From contig JAZKBK010000005.1 of the NCBI GenBank assembly GCA_040388625.1, forward strand, positions 159,478 through 223,477: DNA of 64,000 nucleotides, read 5' to 3'. Shown here piece by piece: positions 1-8,995 of this stretch (position 1 is the stretch's first letter; each line of letters starts with the position of its first letter). The notes below the pieces were generated by a model. That model had not been told where the DNA came from. It saw nothing but the letters and a program-made list of their open reading frames with translations, and did not search any database. This DNA is from Gemmatimonadota bacterium. GTDB lineage: Bacteria > Gemmatimonadota > Gemmatimonadetes > Gemmatimonadales > Gemmatimonadaceae. The position numbers and the translations under genes are program-made.

Positions 1-1559
1 CGCCACGGGATGTTGCGAGCCGTGGCGAGCCATTTCGCGTGCTGGTTGAACATCGAGTCCACGATATGGATGAACGCTTCGTAGCAGGAGAACAGGCCGT
101 GTCTGCCGGTAAGCAGGTATCCCTCCAGCCATCCCTCGCACATGTGCTCGCTCAACACCTCCATCACTCTGCCGTCGGGTGCGACGTGCTCATCGCTCGG
201 CAATATCTCGGCGGTTGACGTGCGATCGGTGACATCGAACAGTGCGTCCAGCCTGTTGGAACTCGTTTCGTCCGGCCCCATGATCCGAAAGTTGCGTGCG
301 CTCATGTTGAGTCGCATTACATCCCGAAGAAACTTGCCGAGCACGCGGGTGGATTCTGCGTCGACGGCTCCCGGCGCCGGTACGCTCACGGCGTAGTCAC
401 GGAAGACCGGCATTGCGAGATCCTTGAGCAGCAGCCCGCCATTGGCATGCGGATTGGCGCTCATGCGGCGTGTGCCTGTGGGCGCGATGCTAGCGATCTC
501 CGGAACGAGTGTGCCATTCTCATCGAACAGTTCTTCGGGGCGGTAGCTCTTCATCCACTGCTCGAGCAATGCGACATGTCCCGGATTATCCTCAAATCCG
601 GTGACCGGTACCTGATGCGAGCGGAACGATCCCTCCGTCTGCTTCCCGTCGACGAACTTGGGGCCCGTCCATCCCTTGGGCGAACGCAGGACTATCATCG
701 GCCATGGAACGCGATGCGTGAAGCCGTGTTCGCGCGCGTCCTGCTGGATGCGCTTGATGTCCGCCAGAACGGTGTCCATGGTGGCGGCCATGAGCTGGTG
801 CATCACGTGTGGGTCGTCGCCGGAGACGAAACGAGGATCGTAGCCGTAGCCTCGCAGCAGCGACGTCAGCTCGTCGTCGCCGATTCGTGCAAGAACGGTC
901 GGACCGGCGATCTTGTAGCCGTTGAGGTGCAGGATCGGAATAACGGCGCCGTCCCGTGCGGGATCGAGGAATTTGTTCGAATGCCAGCTTGTCGCGAGCG
1001 CGCCTGTTTCTGCCTCACCATCCCCGATTGCACAACAGACGAAGAGATCCGGATTGTCGAATACGGCGCCATACGCGTGCAGCAGCGAATATCCCAGCTC
1101 TCCGCCTTCATGGATGGATCCAGGTGTTTCCGGAGCGACGTGACTGGGGATGCCGCCCGGAAACGAGAACTGCTTGAACAGGCGCTGGAGACCAGCGGTG
1201 TCACGACTTACCATCGGATAGATCTCGCTGTACGTCCCCTCGAGGTAGGTGTTGGCGACGACACCAGGTCCGCCGTGGCCTGGACCGGCGATGAAGATCG
1301 CGTCGATGTCGTGCTTCCGGATCAGCCTGTTCATGTGCACGTACATGAAGTTCAGTCCTGGTGTCGTGCCCCAGTGACCGAGCAGCCTGCGCTTTATGTG
1401 GTCGAGGCTCAGCGGTGCGCGCAGGAGAGGATTGGCGAGGAGATAGATCTGGCCGACGGAGAGGTAGTTCGCGGCGCGCCAGTATGCATCGATCAGCCGG
1501 AGTTCATCCGCGGAAAGTGGATTCCGGCTCGGCGTTTCATTCGCAATGACTGTCGTCAT
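1..1559 (-). CDS. xfp: phosphoketolase (xylulose-5-P/fructose-6-P), N-terminal ~519 codons; 3' end lies beyond the window start
   Basis: Own translation of the minus strand from ATG at 1559: [40 protein letters not shown]...GPGHGGPG...[10 protein letters not shown]...[17 protein letters not shown] lies 8 nt upstream. It is absent from the ORF track because there is no stop inside the window. The 382-aa + ORF 447..1595 is its antisense shadow. Confidence 0.9.
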   Translation of the reverse strand, partial: MTTVIANETPSRNPLSADELRLIDAYWRAANYLSVGQIYLLANPLLRAPLSLDHIKRRLLGHWGTTPGLNFMYVHMNRLIRKHDIDAIFIAGPGHGGPGVVANTYLEGTYSEIYPMVSRDTAGLQRLFKQFSFPGGIPSHVAPETPGSIHEGGELGYSLLHAYGAVFDNPDLFVCCAIGDGEAETGALATSWHSNKFLDPARDGAVIPILHLNGYKIAGPTVLARIGDDELTSLLRGYGYDPRFVSGDDPHVMHQLMAATMDTVLADIKRIQQDAREHGFTHRVPWPMIVLRSPKGWTGPKFVDGKQTEGSFRSHQVPVTGFEDNPGHVALLEQWMKSYRPEELFDENGTLVPEIASIAPTGTRRMSANPHANGGLLLKDLAMPVFRDYAVSVPAPGAVDAESTRVLGKFLRDVMRLNMSARNFRIMGPDETSSNRLDALFDVTDRTSTAEILPSDEHVAPDGRVMEVLSEHMCEGWLEGYLLTGRHGLFSCYEAFIHIVDSMFNQHAKWLATARNIPW

Positions 1560-1581
1560 GTCGATTGCTCCATGGGAATTG

Positions 1582-1627
1582 CAGGATCAGGATGATCCTG
1601 CCGTCCTGTCAGTGACTGGCAGGACGG
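1582..1627 (-). terminator. two adjacent inverted repeats downstream of the 4-TM gene (possible terminator / operator)
   Basis: CAGGATCA-GGA-TGATCCTG (1582..1600) and CCGTCCTGTCAGT-G-ACTGGCAGGACGG (1601..1627, one G:U). No U-tract. Confidence 0.35.
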
Positions 1628-1678
1628 AATACGCCGATGCAGCGCACGCGACATGCCGCAGGAGTGGCGACGTGCGGG

Positions 1679-2143
1679 TCAGAACCGCTCGCCCTTCGCC
1701 TCGCGTGCCTGACTGCCCACAGGCCGAATTCTTGTCCACATCGTGAAGAAGAAGACCCCGATCGCGATTCCCTGCAGGAAGCCGGCCGCGACGATCGCGA
1801 CGCGCAGCCACATTGCGGAGATGTTGAACAGGCTGGATCGCATTATTTCGCCACCGACCCGCGTGACGGTTCCGATCGTGATCAGCCAGTAAGCGATCGC
1901 GGCCAGTCGCGGATTGTATTGCGCGTCCGTCTTTTCCGGACGCGGAAAGAGCCACAGCGCGACACCCATGATCATCATCATCACGAAGCCGACGAACAGC
2001 GCGTGCGTGTGAGCGCTGACGAGATATTCGTCCGGTGCCGCACCCTGGAATTCCCGGCGCGCGATCAGGTACCCGCCTATCGACAGCCCGACTGCCAGAA
2101 AGGCGATTGCGGTCTTGAGGTAACGGCGGACGAGCGTGTACAC
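1679..2143 (-). CDS. 4-TM membrane protein with HxH..L.GF motif (mini NnrS/haem-copper-oxidase-like module), copy A
   Basis: 154-aa ORF with four hydrophobic helices. TM2 reads AHTHALFVGFVMMMIMGVALWLFPR. It is a paralogue of 14223..14645 and matches the repeat unit of 16268..17674. Confidence 0.75.
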   Translation of the reverse strand: MYTLVRRYLKTAIAFLAVGLSIGGYLIARREFQGAAPDEYLVSAHTHALFVGFVMMMIMGVALWLFPRPEKTDAQYNPRLAAIAYWLITIGTVTRVGGEIMRSSLFNISAMWLRVAIVAAGFLQGIAIGVFFFTMWTRIRPVGSQAREAKGERF

Positions 2144-2163
2144 GTCGCGCTACGCGCCGGCGC

Positions 2164-2233
2164 TCATGCAGCGACGCTCATGCAACTGCATTCATGCAAC
2201 TGCATTCATGCAGCTGCAGTCGTGCGGCCACCT
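2164..2233. repeat. tandem 14-nt repeat, about 5 units (TCATGCAACTGCAT), each unit an ATGCA-NN-TGCAT palindrome
   Basis: Units start at 2164, 2178, 2192, 2206 and 2220. Units 2 and 3 are identical and the outer units are degenerate. Together they fill the 62-nt spacer between the cupin stop (2206-2208) and the 4-TM start (2143). Confidence 0.85.
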
Positions 2234-2568
2234 GGCCTGGGCGTGATCGCCGCCAGTACGACGAATGGACCGCGAGGCGCGCGCATGCCGTGCAATTCGT
2301 TCGGCTCGTAGGTAACGACGCTTCCCGCGGAAACCGTCACGTCCTGTATCTCTCCATTGACCGGTCCGGAGATCACACCGGTGCCGCTGACCACTGAAAG
2401 AACGACGGTAGACGTACTCGTGTGCATGGCCACGCTGTCTTCAGGATTCAGTCGGAAGACGACGAGGCGCACATCTGGCGAGTCGTGCACGATCGCGCTT
2501 GCCGCTCGGCCAACCGACCCGGATACTGCCTTGTCGGCGATCGTCAGGCAGTCGTGTACTTGCATCAT
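2206..2568 (-). CDS. cupin-domain protein
   Basis: Start taken at MMQVHDC (ATG 2568), overlapping the upstream stop as ATGA. The small beta-barrel-like sequence includes VVFRLNPEDSVAMHTSTSTVVLSVVSGTGVISG...YEPNELHGMRA. The longer Arg-rich N-terminus given in the track is rejected. Confidence 0.7.
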   Translation of the reverse strand: MMQVHDCLTIADKAVSGSVGRAASAIVHDSPDVRLVVFRLNPEDSVAMHTSTSTVVLSVVSGTGVISGPVNGEIQDVTVSAGSVVTYEPNELHGMRAPRGPFVVLAAITPRPGGRTTAAA

Positions 2569-2795
2569 ACTGCCATTCCCGTGCTGTGGCGCCGGCCGGC
2601 GACCACTGCGTTCAGTGCGTTCAGCAACGCAGCTGGATCTGCACCGTCCCGCAGGGCGGCGTCCTGAACGGAAGTTGCACCACCGCAACACGCGTCTATT
2701 CCAAACTCGTTGAACACGTTTGTCGTGCCAGGGTGTGACTGTATGACGTCGTTGACGACGGATGCAAAAGTGATGACTTCGTCTTGCAATGACAT
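2565..2795 (-). CDS. ScdA_N (DUF542) domain-only protein, equivalent to the N-terminal domain of YtfE/ScdA di-iron repair proteins without the hemerythrin part
   Basis: Contains the FGIDACCGG motif typical of ScdA/YtfE N-terminal domains. Start is probably ATG 2795 (MSLQDEVITF); a TTG at 2831 is the alternative. Confidence 0.7.
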   Translation of the reverse strand: MSLQDEVITFASVVNDVIQSHPGTTNVFNEFGIDACCGGATSVQDAALRDGADPAALLNALNAVVAGRRHSTGMAV

Positions 2796-3020
2796 GAGTG
2801 ATGTCCGGATTTGATAAATGAATGTAGGCAATTCGCGACCTGATTCAAACTAGAGAACCGGGCGCACCATCGGTGTCAGTGTTTCCCTGAGATGGCGCAA
2901 CCCGTTGCCTGACAAAAAAATCCGGGCTTGCCCGACTGTTTGCGGTGTCCGGCGCCCGTACGTTCATCTCAATGCAGTCACTCACCCGCGCTCCACGCGA
3001 GCCATAAGCGAGGTAGTTGT

Positions 3021-5069
3021 ATGAGATCGTCGGTCAAGCTATATGCGGCTGTCGGGTACGTAGGCATCACCCTGAGCGGCCTCGCGTATGCCTGCGCGCC
3101 GAGTGTCAAGACGAATGCGTCCTCCGGCCTGCTGGCCGGTGACGCCGCGACTCGAACCTACGTGCCGCCAGGTTCGTACGACGAGTATTACGCCTTCCTG
3201 TCGGGCGGCTTCAGCGGCCAGGTGACGGTGTATGGGCTCCCATCCGGTCGTCTTTTCAAGCAAATACCTGTTTTTTCGCAATTTCCACAGACGGGCTACG
3301 GCTACAACGAGGACACCAAGGCGATGCTGACGACGACCTTCGGCCAGGTGCCGTGGGACGACTCGCATCACACGGAGATGTCGCTCACTGATGGCGTCCC
3401 GGATGGCCGCTGGCTGTTCATCAACGGTAACAACACTCCCCGTATAGCCCGTATCGATCTCAAGAAGTTCGAGACCGAGGAGATACTCCAGATTCCAAAC
3501 GCCGCGGGTGGCCACGCGTCACCGTTCGCGACGCCGGATACCAAATACGTGGTGTCGGCGACGCGCTTCAGCGTTCCGATTCCGCAGACCGACGTTCCCA
3601 TCGACAGCTACAAGAAGAACTTCAAGGGAACCATCACGTTCGTCAGAGCCGACCAGCCAGGGAAGATGGACGTCGCCTTCCAGATCATGATGCCGGGATA
3701 CGACTACGATCTCGGGCACGCCGGCAAGGGTCCGTCCGACGGCTGGTTCTTCTTCACGACGTACAACTCCGAAGAAGCGAATACGAAGCTCGAGGTGAAC
3801 GCGTCACAGGCCGACAAGGACTACATCGCCGCGATCAACTACAAGCAGGCGGAGAAGTGCATCGCCGACGGAAAGGGAAAGAAGTTCGGCGGGAGCTACG
3901 TCCACAACTATATGAATCCGGCCACCGGGATCGCGACGAGCGAGACGAAGACCGGTGTGACCATGTTGTATCCAGCCGATTGTGACGGTCTCGTGTACTA
4001 CCTGCCGACGCCGAAATCACCGCACGGTGTCGATATCGATCCGACAGGCGAGTACATAGTTGCCGGTGGCAAGCTGGCTACCGTCATTCCCGTGCACTCG
4101 TACACGAAGATGATCAAGGCGATCGCGGACAAGCAATTCGAGAAGACGATCGACGGAATCCCGGTTCTCCGTTACCAGGCAGTCATTGCAGGCGAAGTAC
4201 AGAAGCCGGGCCTCGGCCCGCTGCACACCGAGTTCGACGGCAAGGGCAACGCCTACACGTCGATGTTCATCTCGTCCGAAATCGTGAAGTGGAAGCTCGG
4301 CACTTGGCAGGTACTGGACCGGATCCCGGTGTACTACTCGGTGGGACACCTGATGATTCCCGGCGGAGACAGCAAGAAGCCGTGGGGCAAATATCTCGTC
4401 GCGCTCGACAAGATCACCAAGGACCGCTACCTGCCCACAGGCCCGGAAGGATCGCGCTCGGCGCAGCTGATCGACATCAGTGGCGACAAGATGAAGATGT
4501 TGCTGGACTTTCCGACCATGGGTGAGCCGCACTACGCGCAGGCAGTTCCGGCGAGCATGCTGCAGCCCACCTCGCTCAAGTTCCAGAAATTGACGGACAA
4601 CCACAATCCGGATGTCACGACTTCGGAAGCCGCTGGCGGAATCACACGCAAGGGCAAGCGCGTCGATGTGAAGATGATTGCGATTCGCAGTCACTTCGCG
4701 CCCGACAATCTGGAGGGAATCGAGCTCGGCGATACAGTGTACTTCCACGTCACCAACATCGAGCAGGACTGGAACATCGCGCACGGGTTCGCCGTGTTCG
4801 GTGCGAACACGTCCGGTGTCACGCTCCCGCCAGGTGAGACGAGGACACTGAGATGGGTTCCACAAGCAACCGGCATCTATCCTTTCTACTGCACGGACTT
4901 CTGCTCCGCGCTGCACCAGGAGATGCAGGGATACGTTCGAGTGTCGGCGCCGGAGATGCACGTTCCACTATCGGCGAACATCAGCAAGATCGCACAGACT
5001 CAGAATGGTCGCATGCCTGCCGAGCGCGGGCAGCACGGCGAGCGTGGCGAACATGGCGAGCACAGGTAG
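3021..5069 (+). CDS. nosZ: nitrous-oxide reductase NosZ, Sec-type signal (clade II-like)
   Basis: CuA motif CTDFCSALHQEM lies near the C-terminus and the body is beta-propeller-like. ATG 3021 is preceded by GAGG. N-terminus MRSSVKLYAAVGYVGITLSGLAYA has no twin-arginine motif. Confidence 0.93.
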   Translation: MRSSVKLYAAVGYVGITLSGLAYACAPSVKTNASSGLLAGDAATRTYVPPGSYDEYYAFLSGGFSGQVTVYGLPSGRLFKQIPVFSQFPQTGYGYNEDTKAMLTTTFGQVPWDDSHHTEMSLTDGVPDGRWLFINGNNTPRIARIDLKKFETEEILQIPNAAGGHASPFATPDTKYVVSATRFSVPIPQTDVPIDSYKKNFKGTITFVRADQPGKMDVAFQIMMPGYDYDLGHAGKGPSDGWFFFTTYNSEEANTKLEVNASQADKDYIAAINYKQAEKCIADGKGKKFGGSYVHNYMNPATGIATSETKTGVTMLYPADCDGLVYYLPTPKSPHGVDIDPTGEYIVAGGKLATVIPVHSYTKMIKAIADKQFEKTIDGIPVLRYQAVIAGEVQKPGLGPLHTEFDGKGNAYTSMFISSEIVKWKLGTWQVLDRIPVYYSVGHLMIPGGDSKKPWGKYLVALDKITKDRYLPTGPEGSRSAQLIDISGDKMKMLLDFPTMGEPHYAQAVPASMLQPTSLKFQKLTDNHNPDVTTSEAAGGITRKGKRVDVKMIAIRSHFAPDNLEGIELGDTVYFHVTNIEQDWNIAHGFAVFGANTSGVTLPPGETRTLRWVPQATGIYPFYCTDFCSALHQEMQGYVRVSAPEMHVPLSANISKIAQTQNGRMPAERGQHGERGEHGEHR

Positions 5070-5070
5070 A

Positions 5071-5679
5071 ATGATGTCACGCCTCACCCGCATGCTCACG
5101 GCGATTGCGTCGCTCGCTCTTGCAGGACTCTTCGTCCTCCCACTGTGGCGCGTACAGCTGGTCGCGCCACAGTACCCGGAGGGACTGGGCATGCGGATCG
5201 GGATCAGCGATGTCCGCGGGACCATGCCGACAGATCTCGACAACATCAATGGTCTGAATCACTACATCGGCATGAAGCACATCACGCCGTCCGCCATTCC
5301 CGAGCTGCGGTACATGCCGTGGATCGTTGCCGCACTGATACTACTCGGGCTCATCGCCGCCAGCGTGGGCAGCAGAAAGTTGCTGCTCACCTGGATCGGC
5401 GGATTCGCCGTCCTTGCAGTTGCTGGACTGGCCGATTTCTGGCGCTGGGAATACGACTACGGCCACAACATCGACTTCGAGCACGCGATAATCAAGATCC
5501 CGGGGATGACGTACCAACCTCCGCTGATAGGCGTGAAACAGCTGCTCAACTTCACGGCGATATCCTGGCCGGATACCGGTGCGTGGCTGGCACTGGCTGC
5601 ATTCGGACTGGGTGTGCTGGCAGTCATCATGACGTTCAGGCAGCGCGTTCCGGCTGCTCAGGAACATGCGCCCTCGTAA
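5071..5679 (+). CDS. nosB: NosB-like integral membrane protein of clade II nos clusters
   Basis: ATG lies 1 nt after the nosZ stop. About 200 aa with several TM helices, placed between nosZ and nosD as in clade II clusters. Confidence 0.6.
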   Translation: MMSRLTRMLTAIASLALAGLFVLPLWRVQLVAPQYPEGLGMRIGISDVRGTMPTDLDNINGLNHYIGMKHITPSAIPELRYMPWIVAALILLGLIAASVGSRKLLLTWIGGFAVLAVAGLADFWRWEYDYGHNIDFEHAIIKIPGMTYQPPLIGVKQLLNFTAISWPDTGAWLALAAFGLGVLAVIMTFRQRVPAAQEHAPS

Positions 5680-6939
5680 GTTGCTGCGCCCCGGCGCAGC
5701 CGCGCTGCTCTTGAGTCTTGGTGCGATCACCACGCCAGGGCTGGCGTCGCCTGTGCGTGCTGCGCAGCAGGTCGTCAACGTGTCGCCGACCGGGCCGGTA
5801 CGCAGCATACGGCAGGCGCTGACGATGGTCGCGCGCGGCGGCACGATCATCGTGCATCCCGGAGTCTACAGGGACACCACGATCGTGGTTTCAATCCCCG
5901 TCACGATCATGGGAGACCGGTATCCGGTCCTCGATGGCGAGAACGTACGCCAGATAATGACCGTGACGGCGGACAGCGTTACTGTGCGCGGCATCGCATT
6001 TCGGAACGTCGGTGTCGCGTTCACGGAAGATCTCGCCGCGATAAAGGTCGTGCGGGCGCGCTACTGCTCGATATCCGACAATCGCATCGACAACGGCTTC
6101 TTCGGCATCTACCTGCAGGAAGCCCAGTACTGTGCGGTGATTCGCAACGTGATACGCGGCACGCACGCGCGGGATGCAACATCCGGCAACGGTATTCATC
6201 TCTGGCATTCGCGCGACATCGTCATCCAGGGAAACCGAGTGTCCGGTCATCGCGACGGAATCTATTTCGAGTTCGTTCGTGAGGCTCACGTTCACGACAA
6301 TCTCAGCACGGGAAACCTGCGGTACGGCCTGCACTTCATGTTCTCCGACAGCTGCGATTACGAAGGCAATACCTTCCGGCGCAACGGTGCCGGTGTGGCG
6401 GTCATGTACACGCACAACGTGCGGATGGTGGGTAACCACTTCACCGATAACACCGGCTCGGCCGCATACGGCTTGCTGCTCAAGGAGATATCCGACAGCG
6501 AGCTCAGGGACAACATCTTTTCCGGTAATACGTCGGGGCTGTACGCAGATGGAGCCACGCGGCTGAATGCGCATCACAACACCTTTCTAAACAACGGCTG
6601 GGCGCTCAAGCTCCAGTCCAGCACCGAAGATGCCACATTCACGGCCAACAACTTCGCTGGCAACACGTTCGATGTGAGCACCAATAGTCGCTCGGCACAC
6701 TCGACCTTTCGCGGTAATTACTGGTCCGAGTATCAGGGATACGATCTCAACCGCGACGGTGTAGGAGATGTGGCGTACCGTCCGGTACGGCTCACGTCCG
6801 TCGTGGTAGCGAGATATGAGCCTGCGCTCATCCTGCTACGCAGCAACTTCCTTTTGTTGATGGACGCCGCGGAGCGAGTGCTGCCGGCTCTCACACCTGA
6901 AACGCTGGCCGACTCCGCGCCCGCGATGCGATGGGTAAA

Positions 6940-6943
<4 letters not shown>
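5666..6943 (+). CDS. nosD: NosD, periplasmic parallel beta-helix protein for CuZ assembly
   Basis: Signal peptide plus repeated beta-helix turns (NRIDNGFFGIYL, GNRVSGHRDGIYF, GNTFRRNGAGVAVM...). Position directly before nosF-nosY. Confidence 0.88.
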
Positions 6944-7667
<724 letters not shown>

Positions 7668-7671
<4 letters not shown>

Positions 7672-8456
7672 ACACCATGATGAAGGTTCTCAAGTATCAG
7701 GCGAGAGACGCCATCCGCAGTCGGTGGTTGATTGCCTATGCGCTGTTCTTCCTGGTGGTGACCGACGCGCTGCTGCGCTTCAGTGGCGATCCGGTAAAGG
7801 CTCAGCTGAGCCTCGTGAGTATCGTCCTCTTCGTCGTTCCGCTGGTCGCCATCGTGTTTGGAACCGTATACCTCTACAACGCACGGGAGTTCGTCGAGCT
7901 GATTCTCGCACAGCCTGTCGATCGTCGTCAGACGTACTGCGGCCTCTATCTCGGCCTCACACTTCCGCTGATCGTAACCTTTGTCGTCGGTCTTGCGCTG
8001 CCATTCGCCTTGAACGGACTCGACGCGTTGGCCTGGGGCAGGCTCGCAGCGCTCCTCGTTGCCGGAACCGTCCTGACGTGTGTATTCACAGCAATCGCGA
8101 CGTCGATCGCCGTGAAGTGCGAGGACCGGCTGCGCGGCCTCGGAGCCGCGATCGGAGTGTGGCTGCTCGTTACCATCGTGTACGACGGATTCGTGTTGCT
8201 GGTACTGGCGGTGCTATCGGATTATCCGCTGGAGCGTGCGACGCTCGGACTGATGATGGCCAACCCGATCGACATCGCACGGGTCGGCCTGCTGCTGAGA
8301 TTCGACGGGGCCGCGATGATGGGTTACACCGGCGCCGTATTCCTCAAGTTCTTCAGTGGCTCGTCTGGAATGGTCGTCGCCACGCTTGCGCTGACGGCCT
8401 GGATCATCGCACCGATCGCGTTCGGGGTGCGCGTGTTCCAGAGGAAGGACTTCTGA
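7668..8456 (+). CDS. nosY: NosY, ABC-2 type permease
   Basis: 262 aa with about 6 TM helices. ATGA overlap with the nosF stop and GGGAGG upstream. Confidence 0.85.
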
Positions 8457-8519
8457 TCCGTAGTCAGAAGCACAGCAAGCACGGAAACTGCAAAAACAAC
8501 AATCTTACCGGATGCAATC

Positions 8520-8975
8520 GTGAATCGTTCAGGTCTCAAGTCGAGCTTTGTCGTACTCTCCCTATTAGTGATCGGCGCGTGTGGGGGCGGGGAAAAGAAG
8601 GGAGAGAGCGAGGCGGGAGCTCCAGCGTCTTCGTCGCAGTCGTCGTCCCCGAGTGGCGACGTGGCTGCTCCGACTGGAAAAGTGGTGGTCGTCGAGCTCA
8701 ACAGCGACGCGCAGGGCAACTATTTCAAGCCTGCGAAATTCGAAGTGCATCGCGGTGACGTGATCCGGTTCACTCTGAAGAGCGGAGTGCATAACGTGCA
8801 CTTCCTGCCTGATTCCAATCCCGGCAAGACAAACCTCCCTCCGGCGAGTGATTTCCTTCAGCTGCCGGATCAGACTCTGGATGTCCCCGTCAACCTGGCA
8901 CCGGGAAAGTACTATTTTCAGTGTGATCCACACGCAGCGCTGGGGATGCACGGATACGTGGAGGTAGAACGCTGA
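8520..8975 (+). CDS. plastocyanin-like type-1 cupredoxin lipoprotein
   Basis: Lipobox LLVIGAC. T1 Cu ligands GVHNVHF ... CDPHAALGM, with the C-x2-H-x4-M spacing of plastocyanin. GTG start. Confidence 0.85.
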   Translation: MNRSGLKSSFVVLSLLVIGACGGGEKKGESEAGAPASSSQSSSPSGDVAAPTGKVVVVELNSDAQGNYFKPAKFEVHRGDVIRFTLKSGVHNVHFLPDSNPGKTNLPPASDFLQLPDQTLDVPVNLAPGKYYFQCDPHAALGMHGYVEVER

Positions 8976-8995
8976 AGGCAAGTGCCACCGATGAG

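Noticed and set aside
447-1595. 382-aa + strand ORF
   Set aside because: It lies exactly antisense to a clear phosphoketolase reading frame. It is Arg/Ala-rich with no motif, which is a typical high-GC shadow ORF.
2164-2233. Tandem repeats (also 15673..15729) as a possible CRISPR array
   Set aside because: The units are 12-14 nt and directly abutting, with no spacers. One array is coding. There are no cas genes in the window.
2928-3020. TTG-initiated 31-codon extension of nosZ
   Set aside because: The extension is Cys/Ser/Pro-rich and precedes a good GAGG plus ATG at 3021, which starts a normal signal peptide.
2796-3020. FNR/NnrR/Dnr box (TTGAT-N4-ATCAA or TTGCG-N4-CGCAA) in the nosZ / ScdA_N divergent region
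   Set aside because: Only half-site-like strings were found (TTGATAAATGAATG, GCAACCCGTTGC). Nothing reaches a convincing match by eye, so this needs a PWM scan.
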